The position numbers were made by a program, and so were the translations under genes. 64,000 nt of DNA from a virus. Location: positions 1 to 64,000 of IMG/VR virus record IMGVR_UViG_3300020020_000026, one strand, 5' to 3'. Every line of letters starts with the position of its first letter. Positions within the stretch are counted from its first letter, which is position 1. Below are positions 34,536 to 44,710 of the stretch, piece after piece. The notes below the pieces were generated by a model that was given only the letters and a program-made list of their open reading frames with translations, did no database searches and was not told the DNA's origin.

Positions 34536-36628
34536 TATTTAAAGTCCGGAGAATGCGTGCAGTAAACAGTACTCGCGTTTGACGCGAGATAGGAAATTAC
34601 GTCGATCCCGCTAAGCGTCAACGTCGGCTTCACGCCACCGGAAAACTTGTAGGAGCTTCCCCAGGTCGTAATCGTCCCGGCCGCGCCCGGCGAAATGATG
34701 AAGAGGCCTTTTTGTCCAGCCTTGACGTTGGTTGGATTGGCAATGGTCCGCCCGGCACCACCCATCGTCCAGGTGAAATCAAAACCCAACGAAAAATTCG
34801 GCGTGACGGTCGAGGCGCTTTCCGTCAGCGCGACAGGGGCTGCCGCGCCCCACACCGTGTCGATAGACAGATATTTACCCGGCGCGTTGTTCGCTTGATA
34901 TTCCGCGACGGTCGCTATCGGCAGATTCGGATACGGCGCGGCCATCACCCACTGCGATGATGTGCCGTCGTTGTAGTAGATATAGAGCAACCCCGTGTCG
35001 CTCTCCCACCACAGCGCACCGGCTACCGGCGACACTGGTGGCGTGTCGCTGATAACGATTGATGCACCGCCGCTGGACGCTGCCCAAGAGAGCGAGCCAG
35101 CGGTTGCGCCAGCGGTTAGAACCTTGCCGTTGTTTGTCGTGCCGGTTGCAGGGACGTGCAAATTGCCGTCGCCGGTCGGGTGAACGTAATTGTTCGCGCC
35201 GGTCGCAACGCCATCGAGCTTGGTCTTGTCCGCGCCGGTCATGAACCCGGCAGCGCCCGCCGCGACCACGTTGGCGTGGGCCGTCCCGCCGGTCCCGGCA
35301 TGGGACGCAGCGAGTTTCTCGCTGTCGAGTTCCTGGATCGCCGCCTGCACGTCGGTCGCGGCGATGTTGCCAACCGGCGTAGACGGCACAAGGCTTGCTG
35401 ACGAAACAACGCCCGCCGGTCCCTGCGCGCCGACATCGCCCCTTGGAATCGTCAGGTTCAGGGTCTGGGCGGGCGAGGTGCCGGTGATGGTCGAGGCGGC
35501 GGCGCTGCCTGGTGCGCCGGTTGTTACTGTGCCGATGGCCAGCACGTTCGGCGGACCCGTTGCACCTGTGCTGCCGGTCGAGCCGGTGTTGCCGGTGTCG
35601 CCCTTGACGCCCTGAGTGCCCTGCAAGCCGCTTGGGATGCCAAGGTTCAGCGTCTGGTTTGGACTTGTGCCGGTAATGGTCGAGGTCGCAGCACCGCCTG
35701 GCGCGACCGTAGTGACCGTCCCGATGGCCAGCGTATTGGACGGTCCTGCCGGTCCCTGCCCGCCGGTACTGCCGGTCGGCCCTTGAATGCCTTGACTGCC
35801 GGTGTCGCCCTTGACGCCCTGAATGCCCTGCAAGCCACTGGGAATACCAAGGTTGAGGGTCTGGTTCGGGCTGGTGCCGGTGATTGTCGAGGTCGCGGCT
35901 CCACCGGGAGCAACGGTGGTGACGGTGCCGACAGCCAGCGTATTTGATGGTCCTGTCGGTCCCTGCCCGCCGGTACTGCCGGTCGGTCCCGGCTCTCCTT
36001 GCTCTCCCTGCGGCCCGGTATCGCCAGGAATGCCTTGCGGCCCCGTTGGCCCCGGCGGCCCCGGAGAGGCGGCCACCCATTGCGAACTGTTGTCGTCGCT
36101 GTAGAAGATGTACAACTGACCGCTATCGCTCTCCCACCACAGCGAACCGGAAATTGGCGAATCCGGTAGTTCGTCTGAAACCGTGATGGTCGAGCCGCCG
36201 CCGCCGCCAGCGACCCACCCGGCATCCTTCCTGCCATAGATCAGGCCATCGATTGGTGCGTCTTCAACGATGCCCTGCGGGCCTGTCGGCCCTGGCTCTC
36301 CCTGCGGCCCCCTCGGCCCCATATCGCCGGGGATGCCTTGCGGACCCGTCTCGCCTACTGCGCCTTCCGCGCCCGTCTCGCCCATCGGTCCGCGCGGACC
36401 TTGGATCGAGCCACCCAGCACGATTGTATTGGTGTGCAGCGTCGGCACGACCAGAGGCTCGACCGAGACACCTACGGTGGTTTTGAAGCGCGGCGTCGGC
36501 GGCTCAGCCGGGGTCTTAGTTGGGGCACCTACGGTGGTTTTGGAGTGCCGCGTCGGCTCGTCCGGTGGCTTGGTCGAGCCCCCAACGGTGGTCTTGCCCC
36601 TACCCCTTAACCCCTTGCGTTTTGCCAT
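34535..36628 (-). CDS. Collagen-like tail fibre protein
   Basis: G-X-Y runs; DAPIDGLIYGRKDAGW; two GxLWWESDxGxLYIxYxD..SQWV motifs. Confidence 0.85.
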   Translation of the reverse strand: MAKRKGLRGRGKTTVGGSTKPPDEPTRHSKTTVGAPTKTPAEPPTPRFKTTVGVSVEPLVVPTLHTNTIVLGGSIQGPRGPMGETGAEGAVGETGPQGIPGDMGPRGPQGEPGPTGPQGIVEDAPIDGLIYGRKDAGWVAGGGGGSTITVSDELPDSPISGSLWWESDSGQLYIFYSDDNSSQWVAASPGPPGPTGPQGIPGDTGPQGEQGEPGPTGSTGGQGPTGPSNTLAVGTVTTVAPGGAATSTITGTSPNQTLNLGIPSGLQGIQGVKGDTGSQGIQGPTGSTGGQGPAGPSNTLAIGTVTTVAPGGAATSTITGTSPNQTLNLGIPSGLQGTQGVKGDTGNTGSTGSTGATGPPNVLAIGTVTTGAPGSAAASTITGTSPAQTLNLTIPRGDVGAQGPAGVVSSASLVPSTPVGNIAATDVQAAIQELDSEKLAASHAGTGGTAHANVVAAGAAGFMTGADKTKLDGVATGANNYVHPTGDGNLHVPATGTTNNGKVLTAGATAGSLSWAASSGGASIVISDTPPVSPVAGALWWESDTGLLYIYYNDGTSSQWVMAAPYPNLPIATVAEYQANNAPGKYLSIDTVWGAAAPVALTESASTVTPNFSLGFDFTWTMGGAGRTIANPTNVKAGQKGLFIISPGAAGTITTWGSSYKFSGGVKPTLTLSGIDVISYLASNASTVYCTHSPDFK
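35580..35990 (-). repeat. Approximately 200-bp internal direct repeat in the fibre gene (two close copies; a degenerate third follows)
   Basis: GPSNTLAxGTVTTVAPGGAATSTITGTSPNQTLNLGIPSGLQG occurs twice; boundaries approximate. Confidence 0.8.
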
Positions 36629-36639
36629 TCGCGCAAAAC

Positions 36640-37542
36640 TTAGTTCTTACTCGCGAGAATGACATCGATGTATTGAATGCTCATCGTGATCGGGTGGGTA
36701 TGACCGTAATTGTTGCCTTGGTAATCCGTGACCATTCCATAAAAGGCGGCAGCGCCACTTACGGCGGACACCGTTAAGTCGGCCCCGAAACCATTTGGGA
36801 TCACATAGTTGTGGGCGTGTCTGGTCATTTCGTTGTAGTCAACGGAGTGATAGCCAACCACGCTCTGCGCCATCACCGATGAGAACGGATAGATGCCCGC
36901 AGCACTGCCACCGGCTCCGCTGACGACGCGCAGCGCCTTGTCGTTCTGCGTCGTGAGCTTGGTCCAAGCAGTCGGGGCCGATGCCTGGTAGAACAGCATG
37001 ACCGTGCCAGCCGGGACCAGCGCCACTCCCGGCGTGCCTTGAATACCCTGCGGACCTTGCGGCCCGGTCGGACCAGTCGGTCCAACGGGGCCAACCGGAC
37101 CCTCTACAGTCGAAGCTGCGCCAACCGGCCCAACGTCGCCAGCGACACCCAAAGTCCAATTGTCGAACTCCCCCGATCCAACCGCACGATCAAGAGAAAC
37201 TTGTAGTTCCTTGACAGCGAATGTCGTGACGAGGCCTTCCATGTAATTGGCAGGCGCGTTTTTCGACACCGCGCGCACGCGGACGCCAGGCGAATAGGCG
37301 AGGTTCTCTTCGTTGAGGACCAGGGTAACGATTCCGGCCGCAGCAATCGTCGCGGTGGTACTGCTGGTCGCCAGAAAGCCCGCACCGTCCGCACCAGCGG
37401 CACCCGGTGTACCAGGCGGCCCCATCGGACCCACCAAGCCCTGAGCGCCGTCGTCACCGGCCTCGCCCTTCGGGCCGCGCGGCCCCTGGAGCGAGCTTCC
37501 AAGGGCGATGGTGTCGGTGAGCGGATTGATTTCTGTGGTCAT
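36640..37542 (-). CDS. Collagen-containing tail fibre with tail-collar-like C-terminus
   Basis: G-X-Y runs; C-terminus paralogous to 32526-33143. Confidence 0.8.
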   Translation of the reverse strand: MTTEINPLTDTIALGSSLQGPRGPKGEAGDDGAQGLVGPMGPPGTPGAAGADGAGFLATSSTTATIAAAGIVTLVLNEENLAYSPGVRVRAVSKNAPANYMEGLVTTFAVKELQVSLDRAVGSGEFDNWTLGVAGDVGPVGAASTVEGPVGPVGPTGPTGPQGPQGIQGTPGVALVPAGTVMLFYQASAPTAWTKLTTQNDKALRVVSGAGGSAAGIYPFSSVMAQSVVGYHSVDYNEMTRHAHNYVIPNGFGADLTVSAVSGAAAFYGMVTDYQGNNYGHTHPITMSIQYIDVILASKN

Positions 37543-37937
37543 CGCGTCGGCCCAATCGTATTGATGAAGTTGCCGCGCCAGAGGTCTTGATAAAGACCGT
37601 CAGGGGTTTTGATGATCAGGCTATGCTCGTAGGTGCCCTGGGGAATTCGTTGCAGCTCCGCGCGCAGGATGATCACCGCAAATTCCCAGAGCCCCGCCGT
37701 CTCCTGATCTTCCGGGTCGTAAATATCGATGCCGCTTTCGGTGACCAACAGCCCTGCGCTGCTGTTCAGGTCCAGAAACACCTGGTTGTCTGGCGCATTC
37801 TTGCGAATCATCATCCGCAGCGAGCATCCGGTGAAGTCGTAATAGACCGGCGGAATTGCGGTGCCTAGTTGATAGCGAAACGCCTGCGCGTAATCGGCAT
37901 CGGTCCACGTTTCGATGGTCACCGTGAATGCTGTCAT
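37539..37937 (-). CDS. Fibre adaptor/baseplate-associated protein
   Basis: YDFTGCSLRMMIR...GTYEHSL...LWRG Ig-like adaptor pattern. Confidence 0.65.
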   Translation of the reverse strand: MTAFTVTIETWTDADYAQAFRYQLGTAIPPVYYDFTGCSLRMMIRKNAPDNQVFLDLNSSAGLLVTESGIDIYDPEDQETAGLWEFAVIILRAELQRIPQGTYEHSLIIKTPDGLYQDLWRGNFINTIGPTR

Positions 37938-38365
37938 TTGCGTTGTGCCGCCGTGATGAAAAAGTCATCGACATCCTCGACGCCAGCATCAAGAAGGGTT
38001 TTGCTGACGCGATCATCGTTGCGGCGCAGCGATGCAGAAAACCGCCACACCGCCTCAGACTTGCGGTCCACAAACGCAAACACATCGACGCCGCGCTCAG
38101 CCAGCTCCAGGTGAGCCTGGAGCAGGCTCACCGTCTCTGGCACCCGCCTGCGCGCAACGGTTCGATCCGCCTTCTCGACCAGATCGCGGACCTCGACGCC
38201 GTAATGCAGCATCTCCTCCTTGGGATCGTAATACAGCATATGCGACATCGCGACATCGAGCGGCAACTGCCTTGAGATGTTGCTCATCTCCGTAGGCGTG
38301 ACCGGCATCTGAAGCATTTGCCTCGGACGCCTGGCCAGTTGGTCTTTGACGCTTGTTATGGCCAT
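37934..38365 (-). CDS. Hypothetical protein (possible fibre chaperone)
   Basis: ORF directly after the main fibre gene; ends VDDFFITAAQ. Confidence 0.6.
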   Translation of the reverse strand: MAITSVKDQLARRPRQMLQMPVTPTEMSNISRQLPLDVAMSHMLYYDPKEEMLHYGVEVRDLVEKADRTVARRRVPETVSLLQAHLELAERGVDVFAFVDRKSEAVWRFSASLRRNDDRVSKTLLDAGVEDVDDFFITAAQRK

Positions 38366-38368
38366 GGC

Positions 38369-39580
38369 TTACAGCCCATGCCTCACGCCGTCGATAACCA
38401 CTGACGCCGCGCCGCTGCCAACGAGGTGGTGAACGTCAAAGATGGCCTGATCGCCCTCATTGTAGTATCCGATACAGGATACGCAGGCAGAGTTGCCCTG
38501 GTTGCCTGAGTGCTGCGCGTTGTTTTGCGAAAAGTAACCAGCGGGGCCGGTGATACGAACACTGTAGGCGCTCTCCGATGTCACACCGCCATAACCCGGC
38601 ATGTATCCGCTATCCATGCACATGGTCCACCAGCCGGTTTCGCCAGCACCGCATGTGAACACGCCGTCCTGGAAGTACGACGTTCGCATCGTGTTTCTGA
38701 GGTTCATGTAGCTTGGCGCGGCGCGGACCCAGGTGCTTTCCGGGACCGAGAAGAAGCCGCTCCAGCAAGCGAAGCCAGCCGCGTACTGCGGATAGCGCAC
38801 GCTCAGCATCTGCATCTTGGAGCCGTCGAAGATCACCCAAAGGATCGCGCCGGGCCTGATATCACCGTTCTGCAAATGCGCGCCGTCTGGCCAGGTAAGG
38901 TAGTAATTGCCAACGGAGTCGATTTGCAGGGTGGTTGTGGTGGTGTTGGCATGCACCGCCATGATCAGGAACGGGTCGCCAGCAACGAGTGACGTGATCG
39001 TCGGATTGAAGGTGGCATACAAGTTGTTCGGTCCGCCGCCCGCGACCGCATAAGGAATTTTCGTCGTGTAGTTGTTGATGGTCGAGCTTACGCCGGGAGG
39101 GCCATTCCAGTTCTCGATCTGCCAGCCCGCGCCGTCGAAATTCAGGTTGAGGATTTCGCCGGTCAGGAAGTCGCCGCTCTGGCACGCCGCGCCGTTGGCG
39201 CGAATGATCGGCCACGCGCCCAGGTCATTGAGAGCTAGCGTGCTGGCACCAACGCAGTCGTATGCGACCTTGATCCGCACCACCATTCCAAAGAACAGGG
39301 CTATTGGAGAAGGGTTGAGCGTTGCCACCAGCGCGCTCGCCGTGCCGGTGTCGAGCGCCGCATGGGTGAGCCACGGGTTGCGCTGCGTCGCCTGCCAAAG
39401 TTGCTGGAGGTTGTCGTTTGTCGGCACCATCCCGGCAAACTTGACGCTGTTGACGATCTCGCGCTGGGTAAACTCGATGCTCTCTGCCGGGATGATCGAG
39501 CCCTGGATGCCAGCGGATGGATTGCCGTTGATATAAGGTCCATCCACGCTGTTGATGCCATACGGCGGATTGTACTTAAT
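38369..39580 (-). CDS. Baseplate-proximal tail fibre protein; probable ATT start
   Basis: AGGAGG-CAACA-ATT AAG TAC AAT CCG CCG TAT GGC; PYINGNP...GSIIPAESIE..QREI...LQQL; follows the gp48-like gene. Confidence 0.8.
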   Translation of the reverse strand: MKYNPPYGINSVDGPYINGNPSAGIQGSIIPAESIEFTQREIVNSVKFAGMVPTNDNLQQLWQATQRNPWLTHAALDTGTASALVATLNPSPIALFFGMVVRIKVAYDCVGASTLALNDLGAWPIIRANGAACQSGDFLTGEILNLNFDGAGWQIENWNGPPGVSSTINNYTTKIPYAVAGGGPNNLYATFNPTITSLVAGDPFLIMAVHANTTTTTLQIDSVGNYYLTWPDGAHLQNGDIRPGAILWVIFDGSKMQMLSVRYPQYAAGFACWSGFFSVPESTWVRAAPSYMNLRNTMRTSYFQDGVFTCGAGETGWWTMCMDSGYMPGYGGVTSESAYSVRITGPAGYFSQNNAQHSGNQGNSACVSCIGYYNEGDQAIFDVHHLVGSGAASVVIDGVRHGL

Positions 39581-39598
39581 TGTTGCCTCCTATTTGAT

Positions 39599-40312
39599 TC
39601 ATGGCGTGCCCTGCATCGGCCCGCCCAGTGACAGTGCAGTGAAGTCTGGGACGATGTCGGTGTGCGCCGGTTTCCAGCGTTCAAGCAAGCAAACGATCTC
39701 GGTCGGAATGCCAAACTCAAGGTGATGATCGACGCCAACCTCGCCGCCGCCAGGTCCAGCGCGAAACCACCGCAAGCTGATCTGCCCGATGTTGACGGTC
39801 CAGACGAAGCGCATCTCTGGCGGTCCGAGATACCAGCGAAAATTGTCTTCAGGAAACGGACGGGTGTCGCCAACCCTGCTGACGCCGCTCATATACGGCG
39901 CGTACTCTCGAATGACGACATCCGGGTATCCAACCCAGTCCAACAGGTCGATAAAGAACTGCCGCGATTGGCCCCCGATCATCGTCATGATCAGGACCAA
40001 CAGCTTCTGGCGCTCCGCAATCGACGTGGCCGATGGGAAGCAATCGTCGGGAAGCCCCCAGTTGCGTTCCCAGTCGGGGAGCAATTCCGTCGTCAGACGC
40101 GGATCGCTTTCCCGGTCCAGGAGATCGCAAGCCCTGCTGTCGAAAAAGCCCCAGTATTGCGCCAGCCCGTTGCAGGCCCGCTCCAGCGTCGAGCCGGGGT
40201 TCTTCGGCCACGCCTGCCCTTGCGGCAACAATGTCAGGAAAGCCTCGGCGTAGTCGTCCCCTGTTCGGCAAACGTGCCGGTCGCGCGGGAGAGGCTTGTC
40301 TGGGACTGTCAT
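39599..40312 (-). CDS. Baseplate protein (Mu gp48/YmfQ-like)
   Basis: LLPQGQAWP...ESDPRLTTELLPDWERNWGLPD...KPAHT. Confidence 0.9.
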   Translation of the reverse strand: MTVPDKPLPRDRHVCRTGDDYAEAFLTLLPQGQAWPKNPGSTLERACNGLAQYWGFFDSRACDLLDRESDPRLTTELLPDWERNWGLPDDCFPSATSIAERQKLLVLIMTMIGGQSRQFFIDLLDWVGYPDVVIREYAPYMSGVSRVGDTRPFPEDNFRWYLGPPEMRFVWTVNIGQISLRWFRAGPGGGEVGVDHHLEFGIPTEIVCLLERWKPAHTDIVPDFTALSLGGPMQGTP

Positions 40313-41388
40313 AGAAACATGAGGTTACCGAGAACTGCCATGTAGCCCGGCGCTGGCATGATGTCGTCCTCGGCGTTGACGAGATGGAAGGAGGTCACGT
40401 TCGGCGTGTTCATGATCGCTGACGACTTCCAGGCCGCGAAGATCGTCTGGCCAGGCGTCGCCAGCCGAAGCAGCATATCCTCCAGGCTCTTCTCGATTTC
40501 GGCTTGAACCGACAAGCCGCCAGGCAACAGGTTATCGACCGTGACATGGACCGGGTGCGGAATCGGTGACATGACGAAGATATCTTTCACCGCGACCGGC
40601 CGCATGATGTCGAGGTAAGCCGCAACGTCATCGATGTCCTGTTGCAGCGGGAAGCCGCTGTTGTAGGAACGCAGCTCGTCCATCATGAAGCGCACGGTGA
40701 CGGTGCCGATCCCCATCTCCAGTGGATAGCACCAGGCCCGCGTGACGCCAGGCACGGCGAGCGCCCAGTTGATGTAGTCGTGCGCCGCCCCGCCCATCGG
40801 CGGCTGTCGAATGCGGTGCAAGACGCGGGCGCGGAGGTCGTCGTCGTTCTCGACATCGACGCCGCCGGTCATCTCTACGACGGTCACCGTATTATCGACG
40901 CCGGGGATGGTCTCGTTCAAATCCAGGATGTCGCCCGTGGCGCGATTGCCGAGAGCCCCGGCCGACAGCGCCCGCGCCGTTGTTTCGGTCGCCGCCAGGC
41001 TGACGGTGGTTTCCGCCGTGACCTCGTAATTCATTTCGTCGGTGCCGGTCAGCCGCGCTCCCACCGGAATAACGGTGCCCTCGGTCCCGGTGAACGCGAC
41101 GACACCCTCCGCGAAGGTTGCCTGCTTGCGGCCGATGGTGCCGTCAGAATTGACCAGCCAGATCGCGCCGTGCCGATCCAGCCACTCCGTCTCTGCGGTG
41201 TCGGGCAGAAGCTGCAGCGCCAGCCAGTCGATGTATTGCAGATTGAGGTGGGCAAGCGCGCCCTGGGCGTCAGACAGGACGCGAAGCACTGAGTTTGGAA
41301 CGCTGGCGTCGGCACCAGGAAGCGACGCCCGGATGTTGTCCCGGACGAGCGATCTGATTTCACGAAGGCTCGGGGTACTCCAAGGCAT
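40309..41388 (-). CDS. Baseplate J-like wedge protein (Mu gp47)
   Basis: LLPDTAETEWLDRH...GGVDVENDDDLRAR...GGAAHDYINWAL. Confidence 0.9.
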   Translation of the reverse strand: MPWSTPSLREIRSLVRDNIRASLPGADASVPNSVLRVLSDAQGALAHLNLQYIDWLALQLLPDTAETEWLDRHGAIWLVNSDGTIGRKQATFAEGVVAFTGTEGTVIPVGARLTGTDEMNYEVTAETTVSLAATETTARALSAGALGNRATGDILDLNETIPGVDNTVTVVEMTGGVDVENDDDLRARVLHRIRQPPMGGAAHDYINWALAVPGVTRAWCYPLEMGIGTVTVRFMMDELRSYNSGFPLQQDIDDVAAYLDIMRPVAVKDIFVMSPIPHPVHVTVDNLLPGGLSVQAEIEKSLEDMLLRLATPGQTIFAAWKSSAIMNTPNVTSFHLVNAEDDIMPAPGYMAVLGNLMFL

Positions 41389-41389
41389 G

Positions 41390-41896
41390 TCAGGCTCTTT
41401 CGATATCGTTCCAGAGGATTTGGAATCGCATTTCTACCGGCCTGTTCGGGCCGCGATAGATCACGACAGCCGCCTCGATACGCTCGACGCTGCCGCGCCA
41501 GACCTCGACATCGAAGCTGGTCGCAATCCGGTTGTCTACAAAGGGCTGGATTGCCTCCCTGATGTACTGCTCGACACGGACGACGGTCGCGCCTTCCGGG
41601 TCTTCCGGCCCCACGATCTTGGAGCGCCTCAACAGCCACAGCTTGGTGCCTATCGGCCAGCCGTTGAACAAATCCTCCGCCTCCAGGTCGCCCCACCATC
41701 CGGCGCGGTCGGTGCTGTCCGGATCGGGCAGGATGTCGTCAGGAGACGCGAGCCGGTTCGTTCCAAGCGCGACGATGACAGCCGTCGCCAGCGCCTGGGT
41801 GTCGTCCAGCGTTCCGTCATCGAGCAGAAGCCAGTCGATGGGAATCGAGTATCTTGGAAAGGCGTCCGGGCTTTGAAGCAGACGGATATCTGGCAT
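41390..41896 (-). CDS. Baseplate protein (Mu gp46-like)
   Basis: LATAVIVALGT...RAGWWGD...IGTKLWLLRRSK. Confidence 0.9.
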   Translation of the reverse strand: MPDIRLLQSPDAFPRYSIPIDWLLLDDGTLDDTQALATAVIVALGTNRLASPDDILPDPDSTDRAGWWGDLEAEDLFNGWPIGTKLWLLRRSKIVGPEDPEGATVVRVEQYIREAIQPFVDNRIATSFDVEVWRGSVERIEAAVVIYRGPNRPVEMRFQILWNDIERA

Positions 41897-42918
41897 TATG
41901 TCGTCACCCTGATGAAGTCTTTGGCGCGGATGACTCCGCTGACATTGAGGTTGCCGGTTATGTTGAGGTCGCCAGTGATGAAGATGCCGTCCTCGGTGAT
42001 CCTGATCTTGTCCTCAAGCGCCCGCTTGCGCGTGAGGAAAGCTTCCTGCTCTGCGCTGAGCGGCGGCGGCGATCTCTTGACGTACTCGGCAACATCAGCG
42101 TCGTCGCCCGGCGGCGGCATGGCCGTGCCAGCAAGCCACGTTCCATCGGTCGGCTTGTAAGCCTCCTTGGTGATGCGGAGGTTGCCGATGATATGCACGT
42201 CGCCGTCGAAGTAGTGCGCCCCGGCCTTGCGCTTGATTGCGGTGCCCTCCATCGCCAGCGTCTTGCCCGCCTTGGCTGAGATGTCCGCGTCGTGCGCCAT
42301 GTCCATCTTCTTCTCGCCGAGATCGAGAAACCGCTTGCTCTCCTTCTCGGCCTTTTCATAGCGCTGCTTCTGGCCGGTCTTCTTCTGGTTTCCGCCGCTG
42401 GACGATGACGACGAACTGCCAGTGCCACCGCTGTCGCCCTCGGCATACTGGGTGGGTCCAGCCCCTTGCTGCTGTTGCTGTTGCTGCTCGACCTTGTGCA
42501 GCGCGATCCTGATCTTCTTGTTGTCCAGCCCGGTCAGGAAAGCGCCGTCCTTGTTGAAGTGGAATTGCTGTTGCTGGTGGTCGAAGAACGCCACGTCTCC
42601 AGGCTTCAGCTCCTTCAACCGAAAGCGCCGGTCGTCCATCACGGTCGCGACCGGAAACGATCTGTTGCCGCCCAGGAACGACAGGTAGGCCTCGGCGCAT
42701 TGTTCTATCACGCCGCCTTTGCCCTTGGTCGCTGGCATGACGACGGAGGTGAAGCCGTAATTCTGCGGGCTTTCGATCTTCGAGCGGTTCTCGCCGCCCA
42801 TGAACATTCCCTTCATCTCTTGCATCAAGGGATTGTCGCTGACCGAATCGACCAGAGCGCGAGCCCCGCCGCTGGTGTAAGCGGTGAACGCCTGTTGCAG
42901 TGGGTTTTGACGATGCAT
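41896..42918 (-). CDS. Baseplate spike (Mu gp45/gpV-like)
   Basis: QNYGFTS...GGNRSFPV...DDRRFRLKELKPGDVAFFD. Confidence 0.85.
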   Translation of the reverse strand: MHRQNPLQQAFTAYTSGGARALVDSVSDNPLMQEMKGMFMGGENRSKIESPQNYGFTSVVMPATKGKGGVIEQCAEAYLSFLGGNRSFPVATVMDDRRFRLKELKPGDVAFFDHQQQQFHFNKDGAFLTGLDNKKIRIALHKVEQQQQQQQGAGPTQYAEGDSGGTGSSSSSSSGGNQKKTGQKQRYEKAEKESKRFLDLGEKKMDMAHDADISAKAGKTLAMEGTAIKRKAGAHYFDGDVHIIGNLRITKEAYKPTDGTWLAGTAMPPPGDDADVAEYVKRSPPPLSAEQEAFLTRKRALEDKIRITEDGIFITGDLNITGNLNVSGVIRAKDFIRVTT

Positions 42919-42930
42919 TAAGCCCCCTCT

Positions 42931-44037
42931 TTATGTGCTGACTGTCGGGTCGGGCGGTGGCGATCCTGGCCCTTGCTGCGGGTTTCCAAGCTGGTAGAGC
43001 TTGTCGCCCAGCATCCACGGCAGGACGCACTCAAGCACTGTAATCGTGCCGCCCCTGGTGTCCTGGGTGAAGGTCGCGGTCTGTATCTTCATGCCCATGT
43101 TCAATGGGCACATTGGCGAATAGATCATGACGTTATCGCCGGTCTGCCAAAGCGCGCCACCATCGCGCAGCCAGCCTTGCACCGTGACGTTGCAGCGGAT
43201 TTGCGTGCCGTCAGCCTGCAGCGCCTCGTAGTTGGCGCGCATCTGCGCCTCGGCGGCGTTCTTTGCCGGTTGCTCCAGGACGATCTCCTTGAAGCGATAC
43301 CATCCCTTGAGGGCACCCTTTGTCCTGGCCATGATCGCGTTAACCGCAGCGCCAAACCTGTTGTCGCTAACGGCATATTGCCCGTGCAGCTTGTAGAGGC
43401 TGTACATCAGTTCGTTGGAGAAGATGCACGTCATCTTCAGGATGTTCTGGCCTTCGGTCAGTTGCTGCACGACAGGCATCGAATGTTCGCCAATCAGCAG
43501 CAAGTTGCCGAGATGGTCCGATCCCAGCGTCGCGTTACGCATGCGCGCGACTTTGTCGAGGAAGTCGAACACCAGCTCGCCAGGCTGCGATTGCAGCCGC
43601 TCAAATTTGGTCAGGTCCACCTTGCCGATGACCTTGAGCATTCCGCCTGCATCGGTCACGGCCTTCATGGCCGACTGGATAACGGTCATGTTGTCGAAAT
43701 TATTCTTGTTGTCCTCGCTGGGAATGCTGGACGTAGACGCCGCCCATTGCTTACCGACACCTGACAACTGCACCCCGTGTTCGGTGCCAGCGTAGCCAAC
43801 TTGCCGCTGGGTGATGATTCCGGTCACCGCGAGCTGGCCGCCAAGTCTGATTTCGCACGGGTCGCCAGGTTTGAATTTCAATTCGCGATATAGAAAATTC
43901 GAATGGGTGCCTTCAGCCGCAGTGAACCGGAATGTTGGCCACCCCTCCTGCCACCGATGCTGGACGTAAACCGATTCCCAGTCCTGAAACGATACGCCGC
44001 TAACAGTAAGCTGCGCGACCTCATGCGGGTTCGGCAT
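42931..44037 (-). CDS. Baseplate hub (Mu gp44/gpP-like)
   Basis: FQDWESVYV...PGDPCEIRLGGQLAVTG...VTVQGW...LW; position. Confidence 0.85.
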   Translation of the reverse strand: MPNPHEVAQLTVSGVSFQDWESVYVQHRWQEGWPTFRFTAAEGTHSNFLYRELKFKPGDPCEIRLGGQLAVTGIITQRQVGYAGTEHGVQLSGVGKQWAASTSSIPSEDNKNNFDNMTVIQSAMKAVTDAGGMLKVIGKVDLTKFERLQSQPGELVFDFLDKVARMRNATLGSDHLGNLLLIGEHSMPVVQQLTEGQNILKMTCIFSNELMYSLYKLHGQYAVSDNRFGAAVNAIMARTKGALKGWYRFKEIVLEQPAKNAAEAQMRANYEALQADGTQIRCNVTVQGWLRDGGALWQTGDNVMIYSPMCPLNMGMKIQTATFTQDTRGGTITVLECVLPWMLGDKLYQLGNPQQGPGSPPPDPTVST

Positions 44038-44038
44038 T

Positions 44039-44710
44039 TCAGAACGCCAGGGCTCGTCCCTCGCGTGGCGCGAAGGCGGGATGCACGACTTTATTCTCTG
44101 CTCTTAACTGGTCGGCCCGCCCTGCGGTGTCGTACAGCCGGTGCGACAGAACCAGGGTCGGACGCGGCTTGGCGAATCGATAGGACAGCATTTGCGGAAG
44201 CGGATGAGCCGTCTGGTACAGGTGGAATGTCACGGCAGCGTGCAGCGTGACCAGCGCTCGATACGCCACCAGCACCATCTCGTCGGCGGCAGTCTCTTCG
44301 GCCGGGTTGAATGCTGCGTTGACCTCGTCCCGCACCTTATCGACATCCTGTCGGCTGACGAACGTCATATCGACAATGTTCATCGACATATGCTGCAAAG
44401 CGAAACAGACGCAGCCGTTCTTGAGCAGTGTCGCGACCAGGGAGTACGGATTTTCCAGAAGAATGCGCTCCCGGATATGATTGAACTCGCTCAGCGTCGC
44501 CCCGGTCGCCCGCGCCAGCTCGAAGCATTCGGACAGCTTTTCACCGATAGTATTGTTGGCGATGTAGCTTTCCGCCCCCGCCTTGATGTCCCCGCAAGCA
44601 CGCCGCAGAGCTGAGCCAGACATTCCCTTCTGGTCGTTCGATGTCGCGAGCAGCAAATCGGCAACAAGAGTTACAATAGCTGCGCCCTCGCTGATGTCCT
44701 GATGGATCAT
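44039..44710 (-). CDS. Mu gpN C-terminal-like protein
   Basis: PTLVLSHRLYDTAGRADQLRAENKVVHPAF. Confidence 0.75.
   Translation of the reverse strand: MIHQDISEGAAIVTLVADLLLATSNDQKGMSGSALRRACGDIKAGAESYIANNTIGEKLSECFELARATGATLSEFNHIRERILLENPYSLVATLLKNGCVCFALQHMSMNIVDMTFVSRQDVDKVRDEVNAAFNPAEETAADEMVLVAYRALVTLHAAVTFHLYQTAHPLPQMLSYRFAKPRPTLVLSHRLYDTAGRADQLRAENKVVHPAFAPREGRALAF

Noticed and set aside
32526-37020. Similar C-termini of two fibre genes as a diversity-generating retroelement TR/VR pair
   Set aside because: Both copies are coding, differences are not limited to adenines, and no reverse transcriptase is in the window; this is ordinary paralogy.
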